From a virus: DNA of 64,000 bases. The translations under genes and the position numbers were made by a program. The first letter of the stretch is position 1, and the number at the start of each line of letters is the position of its first letter. Under the pieces are notes generated by a model. It made no database searches. It saw only the letters and a list, made by a program, of their open reading frames with translations, and had not been told where the DNA came from. Location of the stretch: IMG/VR virus record IMGVR_UViG_3300009104_001476, one strand, 5' to 3'. This document shows positions 1 to 10,600 of this stretch, one piece after another.

Positions 1-29
1 TACCAGAGGTGAACTCATAAGGATATAAA

Positions 30-3000
30 ATGTCATCAGCATCATGGTTTACAAATAGATCTGGAAACGTAGCTGGGGGATCCTCTAACGAGGCGGTTGG
101 ACCTACCGGGCCTACAGGAGCTACTGGAGCTACTGGAGCTACAGGGGCCACGGGCGCGACCGGGGCTACGGGGACGGATGGGCTCGCAGGCGCAGGAGTA
201 ACTTGGAAAGGAACTTGGTCTGACGCTACATCTTATGTGGCTAATGATGTAGTTTATTATAACGGCACTGCTTACATTTCTATACTTGCTGGAACTAACA
301 AGCAACCAAATACGGAAACGACTTATTGGGATGCTTATACCGCTGGTATAACTGGCCCAGCCGGAGCGACAGGAGCCGCTGGACCCACAGGGGCGGCTAG
401 TACTGCTCTCGGTCCTACAGGAAGTATCGGTGCAACAGGAGCAACAGGCTCTATTGGTCGATTTGGGGGCAATAGTCAAAGATTTAAATTTAGCGACAGC
501 ATTTTAGATAGCGACCCCGGAAACGGCACATTAAGATTAAATCATGCGACTATACCTAACGTAACAAAAATTTTCTTAGACGATGCTGATGCTTCTGGGG
601 TGGGCGTAGAAAACTGGATAGGAACCTTAGACGATAATTCAACAAATTCTAAAAGAGGAAGCTTAACTTTATTTGACGAAGTCGATCCGAATAATTATGT
701 AATATTCTATATTAACGGAGAAAACGAAACAGAAACAGGCTATAAGAAAATCAATGTTTCTCACGTAGCTAATTACGGATCGTTCACGAATGATAACGTC
801 CTCGTTTTAAGTTTCGTGGCTTTTGGAGAAAAAGGCGACGTAGGTTCCGCGGGAGACGCAGGCGTAACCGGAGCAACTGGTCCTACCGGAGCAACAGGCG
901 GATTAGGCGCAACTGGCTCTACCGGTGAAAAGGGAGCCACGGGGGCGGCTAGTACTGTAATCGGACCAAAGGGTCCAGCAGGTCCTACTGGGGCAATTGG
1001 GCCCACAGGCTCTGTGGGAGCTACGGGAGAAGGAGATAAATATGCTACAACCTCGAGTTCTTCTTTATCTATAACTACTGGCTCAATCAGTTTAACAGTC
1101 GGAACAAGTCTTTCTTACTCTGTCGGTCAATCCGCTATCATTGCCTATAACTCCAGCAATCAAATGTCTGGAGCGGTCACTTCTTACGATTCTTCAACTG
1201 GAGTCTTAGTGGTCAATGTAACTTCTCTTACTGGGTCCGGCTCTTATGGCGTTTGGTCGGTTAACCTTAGTGGCGCAGCGGGACCCGCAGGGCCACAAGG
1301 GGAAGACGGCATTGCTGGTCCAAGCGGCCCAATAGGGCCCACTGGATTATTAGGTGGACTTACTTATCTAATAACGGTTCAATCTAAAAGCTCTGCTCAC
1401 CCTCATTATGGGGAGGGTTATTCTTCGGGTTTTGTAGTAAACGGAACAGAAGGTAAACCTTTGAATTTAATAAGGGGATATACTTACTATTTTGACTTAT
1501 CTCATTCCTCTAATACTAGTAGGCTATATATTTCGACAAGTTCTGAAGGTGGGGGGCTTAATCAGCCGGGCGAGGTGACTTCAGGAGTCACGACTTCTGG
1601 AACAGCTGGAACAGATTATATTCTAACTTATACTGTCCCTATTGATGCTCCCGACACTTTATATTACTGGAGCGCTGCGGCGTCATACATGGGTGGAGCG
1701 ATTTCTGTAGGAGACTTTGGGCCAACTGGGCCTACTGGCGAGGCAGGGCCTACTGGCGGGATAGGCGTTACGGGACCAACGGGTCCCGCAAGTACTGCTC
1801 TCGGTCCTACTGGAATAGCTGGGCCAATTGGTAACACCGGAGCAACAGGACCCACGGGCCCAACTGGAGCGGTTGGTGGTGCCGGAGCTACGGGAGCCGA
1901 TGGGGATGCAGGACCTACAGGAGCTACAGGAGCTACAGGAGCAGTGGGTCCCGAGGGGGATGCTGGCCCGACAGGACCAATAGGAAATACTGGTGCTGTT
2001 GGCCCTGAGGGTGCCGTCGGAGAAGCTGGCCCTACGGGTGCAGCGGGTGACGAGCCAGTAGTGGTTAACTATTCTGTTAAAATCGTAGACAGCAAGTACC
2101 TCATAACTCAAGAGGGCGAGGGTTGGACCTCTAATTCTATACTTAAAATATATAAAGGCTTCACTTATGAATTTGATTTGTCTGACAGTTCTAACTCGGG
2201 CAAAACGTTTAAGCTTTCCGCGGATCCAGATGGAACGCACTCTTCGGGTATGGAATGGACTACCGGCGTAACAGTTACGGGAACGTCAGGGTCCTCAGGA
2301 GCTAAACTAAGATTTAAAGTCCCTCACGTAGTTCCAAATATTTTATATTATTACTCTAAAGAGCTACCCGCCGCTGGAGGAACTGGATATATAAACGTTT
2401 CTGTAATTTCTACAGGAGCTACAGGCGCAACTGGAGCTACAGGGAGCACGGGAGCTGCAGGCGCAACTGGAGCTACGGGGAGCACAGGAGCTACAGGCGC
2501 AACTGGAGCTACGGGGAGCACAGGAGCTACAGGCGCAACTGGGGCTACAGGAGCCACAGGAGTGGACGGCCTTCAGGGGGTAGCGGGAGCAGTCGAGCAT
2601 GTAATTACCGTAGACAGCTCAGCCATGGTTGTAAATGGAATAATAAGAGATACATTACATTTATTAAAAGGTTATACTTATTATTTTAAAGAGACACACT
2701 CTTCTACGGCTGGGCATCAAATTTATATAGCTACCTCTCCCGGAGGAGAAGGAGCAAACCCATACAATTATGGACATAGTTATTCTGGAACAGCTGGAAC
2801 AGACGGAAACCTTACCTTCACTGTTCCTCATGATGCTCCTGCAATTTTATATTATGAATGTCTTCATCACCCCAACATGGGTGGAACTTTAACTATATCT
2901 GACGAAGGTCCGACAGGCCCCACGGGAACGAAAGGAGAAACAGGGGCGACAGGGACAAAAGGAGAAGATGGGAAAGTGGGAAATACTGGCCCTGCAGGCG

Positions 3001-3638
3001 CAGCTAGCACTGAACCCGGTCCTACTGGGTCTACAGGACCTACAGGCGCGGTGGGCATGGGCGGATCAGGGGGGACGACCCCAACTATTTCAACAAAAGG
3101 TATAGAGGCGTATGTCGGGAATAGCCTATGTTTTAACCCGTTCGAGTCTTCCGAACAATTTCATGTTAATAACTCTCTGGGGGAAACATTAAATTCTCTT
3201 CAAATTATAAATCACGGAGGTTTTATACCAGAGCCTTGCGAAATCGGATCGTACAAAGCTTATATAGTCAGTAGTGATTTAGATAGTTCTAGCGCTTGCT
3301 CTATTACAATTTATAAAAATGGGGTTTCTACAGGTATTACGAGTGTAGTAAACGGTTCCTCATACGCAGGCCAAACAGTTCATTTAATTAACGAAACGAG
3401 TGGCCAACCAAACAGTTTGAATTTATCGGCTGGAGATAAAATAACGGCCGTTTGTGTTTGTAGTGGAGTAGAGAACAGTAGAGGGGTTATCTTTAAACTT
3501 TCCGGAGTAACTTCAGTAGGCGTAGGTCCAACAGGCCCAGCCGGAGACGCAGGCGCAGGTGGAAATACTGGTCCCACAGGGGCTACTGGGAGTGTAAATA
3601 CCAGTGATATTATAAAATATACCTTAATTTTTGGATAA
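30..3638 (+). CDS. Collagen-like tail fibre/appendage protein (Gly-X-Thr repeats interleaved with globular domains, including three cupredoxin-like domains)
   Basis: 1202-aa ORF with long GPT/GAT/GST triplet runs; a CBM5/12-like motif [21 protein letters not shown]; three related domains with L.L.(R/K)G(Y/F)TY.F...(Y/F).VP..(A/V)P..LYY; C-terminal beta-sandwich-like domain. Confidence 0.85.
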   Translation: MSSASWFTNRSGNVAGGSSNEAVGPTGPTGATGATGATGATGATGATGTDGLAGAGVTWKGTWSDATSYVANDVVYYNGTAYISILAGTNKQPNTETTYWDAYTAGITGPAGATGAAGPTGAASTALGPTGSIGATGATGSIGRFGGNSQRFKFSDSILDSDPGNGTLRLNHATIPNVTKIFLDDADASGVGVENWIGTLDDNSTNSKRGSLTLFDEVDPNNYVIFYINGENETETGYKKINVSHVANYGSFTNDNVLVLSFVAFGEKGDVGSAGDAGVTGATGPTGATGGLGATGSTGEKGATGAASTVIGPKGPAGPTGAIGPTGSVGATGEGDKYATTSSSSLSITTGSISLTVGTSLSYSVGQSAIIAYNSSNQMSGAVTSYDSSTGVLVVNVTSLTGSGSYGVWSVNLSGAAGPAGPQGEDGIAGPSGPIGPTGLLGGLTYLITVQSKSSAHPHYGEGYSSGFVVNGTEGKPLNLIRGYTYYFDLSHSSNTSRLYISTSSEGGGLNQPGEVTSGVTTSGTAGTDYILTYTVPIDAPDTLYYWSAAASYMGGAISVGDFGPTGPTGEAGPTGGIGVTGPTGPASTALGPTGIAGPIGNTGATGPTGPTGAVGGAGATGADGDAGPTGATGATGAVGPEGDAGPTGPIGNTGAVGPEGAVGEAGPTGAAGDEPVVVNYSVKIVDSKYLITQEGEGWTSNSILKIYKGFTYEFDLSDSSNSGKTFKLSADPDGTHSSGMEWTTGVTVTGTSGSSGAKLRFKVPHVVPNILYYYSKELPAAGGTGYINVSVISTGATGATGATGSTGAAGATGATGSTGATGATGATGSTGATGATGATGATGVDGLQGVAGAVEHVITVDSSAMVVNGIIRDTLHLLKGYTYYFKETHSSTAGHQIYIATSPGGEGANPYNYGHSYSGTAGTDGNLTFTVPHDAPAILYYECLHHPNMGGTLTISDEGPTGPTGTKGETGATGTKGEDGKVGNTGPAGAASTEPGPTGSTGPTGAVGMGGSGGTTPTISTKGIEAYVGNSLCFNPFESSEQFHVNNSLGETLNSLQIINHGGFIPEPCEIGSYKAYIVSSDLDSSSACSITIYKNGVSTGITSVVNGSSYAGQTVHLINETSGQPNSLNLSAGDKITAVCVCSGVENSRGVIFKLSGVTSVGVGPTGPAGDAGAGGNTGPTGATGSVNTSDIIKYTLIFG
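2411..2560 (+). repeat. About four 36-bp tandem repeats encoding [12 protein letters not shown]-type collagen units
   Basis: acaggagctacaggcgcaactggagctacggggagc recurs near-identically. Confidence 0.85.
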
Positions 3639-3642
3639 TTAT

Positions 3643-3966
3643 ATGATTGCTAATACTATAATTAATAATACAGCTACAGATATTCTAGAGACCCCTGTAG
3701 ATTCAGCTATAACTGCGTATGCGGGGGTTGGGATGTTTTTCTGTAATGCCGGCGCAACTAATGAAAGTATTAATATTTATGCGGTCCCTAGTGGTCAAGT
3801 AGCTTCGGAAAATAACATGGTTATTAAAGACTTAACCGTGGTCACTGGAGACACATATGAATTTAGTGCTGAAAAATTTTTATTAAATAAGGGAGAAAGT
3901 CTTGTGGCCAGTGGCCAAAATGGGGGTTTAATATCAGCAACAATTACTTATACGGATATAACATAA
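3643..3966 (+). CDS. Small virion-associated beta-sandwich protein (fibre partner)
   Basis: ORF track starts at a TTG at 3631; ATG at 3643 preferred; beta-rich 107 aa directly after the fibre gene. Confidence 0.65.
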   Translation: MIANTIINNTATDILETPVDSAITAYAGVGMFFCNAGATNESINIYAVPSGQVASENNMVIKDLTVVTGDTYEFSAEKFLLNKGESLVASGQNGGLISATITYTDIT

Positions 3967-3967
3967 A

Positions 3968-4222
3968 ATGTCTAGCTTTATAAATAAACAAGGAAGCGAC
4001 TTAACAGGTCCAGTAGGATCTGCAGGACCCACCGGACCTACTGGCGCTGATGGTCAGTCGGGTAACACAGGAGCTGCTGGCTCCACAGGCGCTACGGGAG
4101 CTACGGGTGCTGATGGTGCGCAAGGCAATACAGGGGCTACTGGCGCTGATGGTGCGCAAGGAGAGACTGGTCCGGCTGGAGTAGCTGCTATCAGCGTATT
4201 AGAATTACAAATTTTTAGTTAA
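3968..4222 (+). CDS. Short collagen-like protein
   Basis: 84 aa, almost all G-X-Y triplets, hydrophobic C-terminus VLELQIFS. Confidence 0.8.
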   Translation: MSSFINKQGSDLTGPVGSAGPTGPTGADGQSGNTGAAGSTGATGATGADGAQGNTGATGADGAQGETGPAGVAAISVLELQIFS

Positions 4223-4236
4223 AAGGAATTTAAACA

Positions 4237-4593
4237 ATGGCAACATTCACAAAACATAAATTAAGTGGATCTACAGATGGTAAAGGGGTCAAGGTGACAT
4301 CTAATCTCGCAGGCTCGGGAGTAACGGTACACACTGCCGTCACAGGGACTACAGATTTCGATGAAGTATGGTTGTATGCATATAATTCAGACTCTGCAAG
4401 CGTTAACGTAACTGTAGAGTTTGGAGGAACAACTTCTCCTGATAATACTATCACTCAGTCTGTTCCTGCTCAATCAGGACTATATTTATTGATACCGGGT
4501 TTTCCCTTGCAAAACTCAGCTGTAATTTCAGCTTATGCTAGCAAGCAAAACGTGGTTTCTTTATATGGTTTTGTTAATAGGATTGATCAGTAA
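4237..4593 (+). CDS. Small virion-associated protein (fibre partner)
   Basis: 118 aa beta-rich, aaagga RBS upstream; DEVWLYAYN and LLIPGFPLQN motifs resemble small fibre-associated phage proteins as I recall them. Confidence 0.65.
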   Translation: MATFTKHKLSGSTDGKGVKVTSNLAGSGVTVHTAVTGTTDFDEVWLYAYNSDSASVNVTVEFGGTTSPDNTITQSVPAQSGLYLLIPGFPLQNSAVISAYASKQNVVSLYGFVNRIDQ

Positions 4594-4612
4594 TAGAGAG
4601 TAAACTCTTAAA

Positions 4613-7600
4613 ATGAGAAATGCAAGATCAAAGTCTACTTTTAGGCCTAGGTGGAGGCGAAGGATTGCAGGAAAAGCAGGAGGTCAGGCTTATCCGATTT
4701 TAAAATCCGTCACGTCTTCGACCGGAGATTTCATTTATGATCCTGAGGTCTCTGCTTGGGCAAAAAGAGTTAATTCTGCAGGAGGATCCGTATCTAATAG
4801 TTGCCTAGAGGCTTCTAGCGCTTTCATTAGGACGATCAAAAATCAGCCGGGCTTAAGACAAAAAATCAAAAGGTTAAATCTCTTTTGTGGCTCAAATCTA
4901 GACTCCTCTTTAATGCCTCTGATCATTGACGAAGGGCCTACTCAGGACATTAACCATAATTTTGCATCAACAGAATACTCAGAAAAGTCTGGGATTAAAA
5001 ATTCAACAGCTTCTGGAAATAAATATTTAGATACAGGTCTCGATCTTTCGTGGTCCGCTGTTGGCCTAACTTTTAATGATGCTCATATAGCAATTAGCAC
5101 CTTGGGAGCGAATACTTCTTCTTCTTACAAAGAATGGATAGGTAGGGATCACTTCTCCCTAGGATCTAACAAAGAAAACAGAAAACTTCAATTTAGGGTG
5201 GGAGAACATACAATTTATGCTGATAATCCAAACCCTCAACAAGGAGCTTGTATGGGGTTTTATCTAGGTAATTGCTGGTGGGGGGACGTAAGTCTTCGTT
5301 TAAATAATAGATCATTAGAAAATATAAACGTCTCTAATAATTCCCCCAGCAACGCTGATTTGTCTCAAAATTTTCATATATTTAAAAGGAATACAGCTTA
5401 TTCAGCCCCTGATGATTTCGATCAAACAGTAAACTTTTATTCAATAGGCTTAGGTTTAAGCGATTCTGAAGCAACAGTTTTATACGATGCTGTTTCAGTA
5501 TTTAATCAGGCAAAAAATAGAGAGTTATTCGAAGCTTTAGATATTGAGGTTTGGAAATGGGCTAACCATAGAATCCCTGAAGCAGTGGGAGATGCTTCAG
5601 CTCACTTTAGCTCTTTACTGGTTCAAAATGCTAGCGCTTGGATGGAGTCCATTAAAAATAATAATTTAAGAGAAAAAATAAATAGAGCTAACTTATTCTT
5701 GGGAAAAAGCTCTTCTAACTATGGTTATTTAACCTCTCTTGTTCCTTTAATCATCGACAGCGGCCACAGAACAGATATTAACAATAATTTTCTTAATTCT
5801 GACTATAATCTAAAATTTGGCCTTCATGGAGACGGAGCTACTAAATTTTTAGATACTGGGATAACGACAAGAGAATTAGTCTCTGCCTCTTCAAATTCAG
5901 GACATCTTTCTGTCGAAGCAACTTCTCCAAGTCCAACCAATACTTCGAGTTCTTCATCGAACTGTTTGATAGGCTCTAAGGAGTCAATCTCTACCGCTGG
6001 GGGCGTTGGTATGAGTATCAGTCTGTCTAAGACTAAAATGACCACTAAAGCTTGGACGGCTTTATCCAAAAGTGCTGTTCCTGCGACACAAGGTATGTTT
6101 ACTTCTAGCATAGGGGCCGGAGGCTCAAACTCGAACGCTAGGACATATTTTAATGGGGCTTTTTTAAGTGATAATTCTAACGATATACAATCAACGTCTT
6201 ACGATTCTTCATTGACAGGCTCTACTATTTCGTTGTTCACTTTAAACACTGTGGAATATGGAAATTTAGGTCACTCATCTCAGTCAATTAAAAGTTATTC
6301 TATTGGCAAAGCTTTAACTGATGACGAAGTGCAAAATTTATATGCAGCGAATTCAAACGTAAAAAGAGTTGAGATTGTTTCTGATGATATGGATTCAGAA
6401 GTATACGATTGGGCAAACTATAGGGTTCCTGCTAACGGAGGTCTCGTTACGCAAAAGGAAGCTGAAGCCGTAAACGCTTGGATGTTAAAAATCAAAACCT
6501 CTTCAGGGTTAAGAGAAAAGCTTAAAAGAGTAAATTTAATGGCCGGATCAAACCTCGCTGCAAAAATGGTTCCCCTTATCGTTGATTCTGGTTATTCTAA
6601 GGTAGATAAAAATACTAACCTATCTGAAGGCGATTCTGTGTCCACGGGCTTAAGAGCTGGCGATGAAAAAAGTATAGATACGACCGTGAAACTTTCAGAT
6701 TTTCTTACAAATAGTTCTGGACACTTTTCGGTAAAAAACTATGCGAGCTTGGACACTTTAATCATGGGGGACACTTTCGCTCATGGGGTCATTACGAATC
6801 AGTCTTCCTATTCTAGCGAAACGAGCGCGGAGCTTTTGGTTTCCTCCGACCACGTCAATGGTTCCAATGTATTTACTGATTCGTCTGGGGCGGGGCACGC
6901 GATCACGAACCATGGCAACACGAGCCACCAAAACGCGGTTGGTAATCCGTTTGGTTCGGGTAGTGCGATTAAATTCGACGGCTCAAGTGATTATCTAACC
7001 GTGGCTGATTCGGCATCATGGACTTTCGGCAGCGGAGATTTTACGATAGAAACATGGATAAACTTCTCAGCTTGGGAGAGTACGAACTTCAACACAATAG
7101 CGTGGTTCGGCCCTGTTCAGATTGACTACAAACGAGACGGCGGGACTAAACAGTTGAGAATGTTCTGCTATAGCTCAGGCGGCAATACTTCAAGCATCCA
7201 GACATGGGACGCCTCACTGGATACTTGGTATCATATTGCTGCCGTCAGAGATAGCGGAAACTTACGACTGTTTGTTAATGGGACATCCCTAGGAACTCCA
7301 CCTGCGCATGAGGGCAACACAACTCTTACAAATGCAACCGGAGCGAGTGCGATCATGGCAAGGGCGGCTAACTCCGTTTCGGGAGTTGGAAGCCCAGACC
7401 GAAAATCTGCTGGCTACATCTACGACTTCCGAGTGTCCAAGGAAGCTAAGTATTCAGATGATTTTTCCAAGCCCACCGCATCTTTCGGGTCCACCGGGGG
7501 CCCCAAGCCTGCCCTCGGCCTCACCATAGACTCAAACGGCGTGAAAGGCTACGTTTGGGACAACAATAGATCAAATGCTGTAAGTTACGCCAAGCTAAAT

Positions 7601-10600
7601 CAAGCGACTACAGAGACGAAAAAGACTGTTGATACTTCCAGTTATTCGCATCCTACCTTGTATTCTGGTCAGCCGATGCCTTACTGGGGGTATCTCAACA
7701 CCGATCTACCGGGCGAAGAAGATAATCAAGCAGACGTTTCTTATATTGTCGAGGACAATGGTGATCATGTCATTGATATTCCTCAGTTAAAGCAGGCATC
7801 CACTTGGGGGCCCGGGCCCGCCGCTATCATTGTTTATAAAAATGGTGTCATTCAGACGCATTTGAGCGATTGGATACATCCTTACGCGTGGCCTATACCT
7901 TGGTCGCGTACGCTTACAGATCTGGCTGTTGGAGATAAAATAAAAGTTGTAATCCAATACCCAGATTGGTCCGCGCCCGGCTGGGAAGCGTGGCCAAACG
8001 TGTGGCGAATTGGAGCGATGGAGAATACTACCGTATTTTTCAAGAGAATAGTTCCCTCAACTCAAAACGCTTTAGACGGTTTGTGGACCGTAAGTAGAAC
8101 TTCAGCCACTGCATCATCTTTGTACTTAGATGGATCCCCCGTGGCTTCTTCTACCGCTTCATCTAATGTGACTAATGTTAGTGACGATTACGTAAACATC
8201 ATGGGGTCTTATTCTGATGATGGATCTATACAAAATCATCATGATAACGCTTCTAGAATAGGATTTTATAGTTTGGGTTTGAGCTTAACAGACGCAGAAG
8301 CTCTTACTTTATCTGAGGCTATAACCGCTTTCGATACCAAGATGAGAAGAGACTTAGATGAAGAAGTCTGGGATTGGGCTTATACTCGGGTTCCTTTAAA
8401 TGGCGGGTCTTTGAGCGAGTCGAACATAAATAATGTAAATACATTCATGCTTGCTCTTAAAACTGAGTCTGGACTAAGAGAGTCTATTAAAAGATTAAAC
8501 GTTTTCGCGGGTTCTAATTTGTCTAGTGCTATGGTGCCTTTGATTAAAGACTTCGGAGACAGTATAGAGAAAAATTATAACTTTACATCTTCAGACGTAA
8601 ACCAAGGGCTAAATTCTAGCGGATCAAAATATCTAGATACTGGGATGAGTTTCAGTGAATTAGATATAATATCTTATAGTAATTTTCATGTAGCCTTATC
8701 TAGAAAAGGTAATTCAGTTAGCGGATACGCCAACTCTGACGCCATCGGTAACGGCTCGATAAGATTGAATTTAACTAATAGGCCTGTAGTTCCAGTGGAG
8801 GGGGCAGATAACTTGATTTATTCTGGAAGTACTATTACTTCAAGTACTGATGGCTCAGGCTTTCTTGTGGGAACCGCAGTTAATAATACAGAAACAAAAT
8901 TATATAAAGGGTCGACAAGTTCCGACACGGGTCCTTTCGATGGTAGCTCATCCATGTCTGCGAACAATTTTATAGTTTGTGGTAATCAAACTGAGGCCGG
9001 GGTTGTAGCACAATTCTCAGGAAGGATCTCTATCTATTCCTTGGGTATTGGGTTAACATCAGGGCAGGTATCAGCTTTTAATAGCGCTGTTTCAGCTTTA
9101 GAACTTTCATTAGAAAGAGGGGATTTTGAGGCTAGTAATTCAGACGCTTGGAAATGGGCTAATATAAATGTTCCTGCTAACGGCGGCCTCGTTAGCCAGA
9201 AACAAGTTACAGCGGTAAACAAGTTCATGGATTCAATAAGTAACATCCATAATCTAAGAGACTCTATTAAAAGAATGAATCTTTTCGTTGGGGAAAATCT
9301 TAACGCCGCCTTGGTTCCTGTCGTATCTGATTTAGGGGCCTCCGTTGAGACAAATAATAATTTTATTTCTAGTGATTACATTTCTACGGGGCCTGACGCA
9401 GGACTAACAGGCGGGTCAGGTAAAACTTTAGATTTAAAAATAAAAGCTAGAGATTTAGGGGATAATTTTGTCATGGCTCTTAGGAGTAATTCGGGATCAA
9501 CTTTTGATAGCTCTTCAAATGCTCCGATAATGGGAGTGGAGGAAGGATTCAGCTCGATGACGATGGGCTCTAACTTGGGTAAATTGTCATTCTTTACTTC
9601 GATTAGCAGCGCTCAAACTATAGACACATCCCATTACATTAAAACTCCCGCCATTTTTAAAGATTTACCTCGAAATTATAATGGCTGCGACATAGTTGGT
9701 AATAGTATTCTTGAGCCTTCCCTAAATACGGACGTTGGCGAATCTTCTTGCGAAACTTTAGAAAACGCTGTTTCTAGTTACGATATACCAAACCACAGTT
9801 TTATTGATAGCTCTTTAAGCCGAAAAATTCTTAACGATCGACTGTACTGCGATTATAGAAATTCGGACATCTTAAGCCGAGGTCAACAATTTTATGGTGA
9901 CGCCGGAGTTAACTTTTCTATTGATCATGAGAAGGGGAGAAACTCTGAGGGCGTAGTGGCTCTGGGTGAAAATGGTGATTTTTGCAAAGGATTTTATTCT
10001 GTTCTCTGCTCGAAAGTTGAGGATTCGAATATTAGCAAACTTAAAATGTATAAAAATGGCCAAGAGATGGTAGAGTCTCAGATGGTTAATCAAAATATTG
10101 GCCCTGCAGCAGAAATAGCTTTATTCGGTAAGCGAAATGGAAGCGTTTTTCACTCCTTCCCTAGTTCAATAAATATCGATTTTTATTGTTTGGGTTCTAA
10201 CGCTGAGACTCCTGACGCATCTAAAAATCCAGACGTTTTAGGTGATGGCTTTTTACCTAACGAAGTTCATAACTTCTTAATTCAACTAGATGTAGATTTA
10301 AACAGAAAAGACTTCCAAAAACCTGATGCTACAAACGGAATACTTGGTAATTTACAAACCTTAACTAGCGAGCTCGATCCCGAGGTCTCAAAATGGGCTA
10401 ATGAAAAAGTCCCGAAAGTTGGGGGGAAATTAAATCCTGAGATAGTATTAGCTGTTAATGCTTGGATGACTAAAATTAAAGAACGAGCCGGATTAAGGCA
10501 AAAGCTTAAAAGAGTAAATCTTTTTTCAAGCGTCAACTTGGCGGGCGCTCTCGTACCCATCATTACAGACGAAGGGTACCCTGTCGACTTAAATCAAGGA

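Noticed and set aside
42-3577. Minus-strand ORFs rich in APV/GPV or Cys/Ser over the collagen gene
   Set aside because: They are antisense shadows of the Gly-X-Y repeats.
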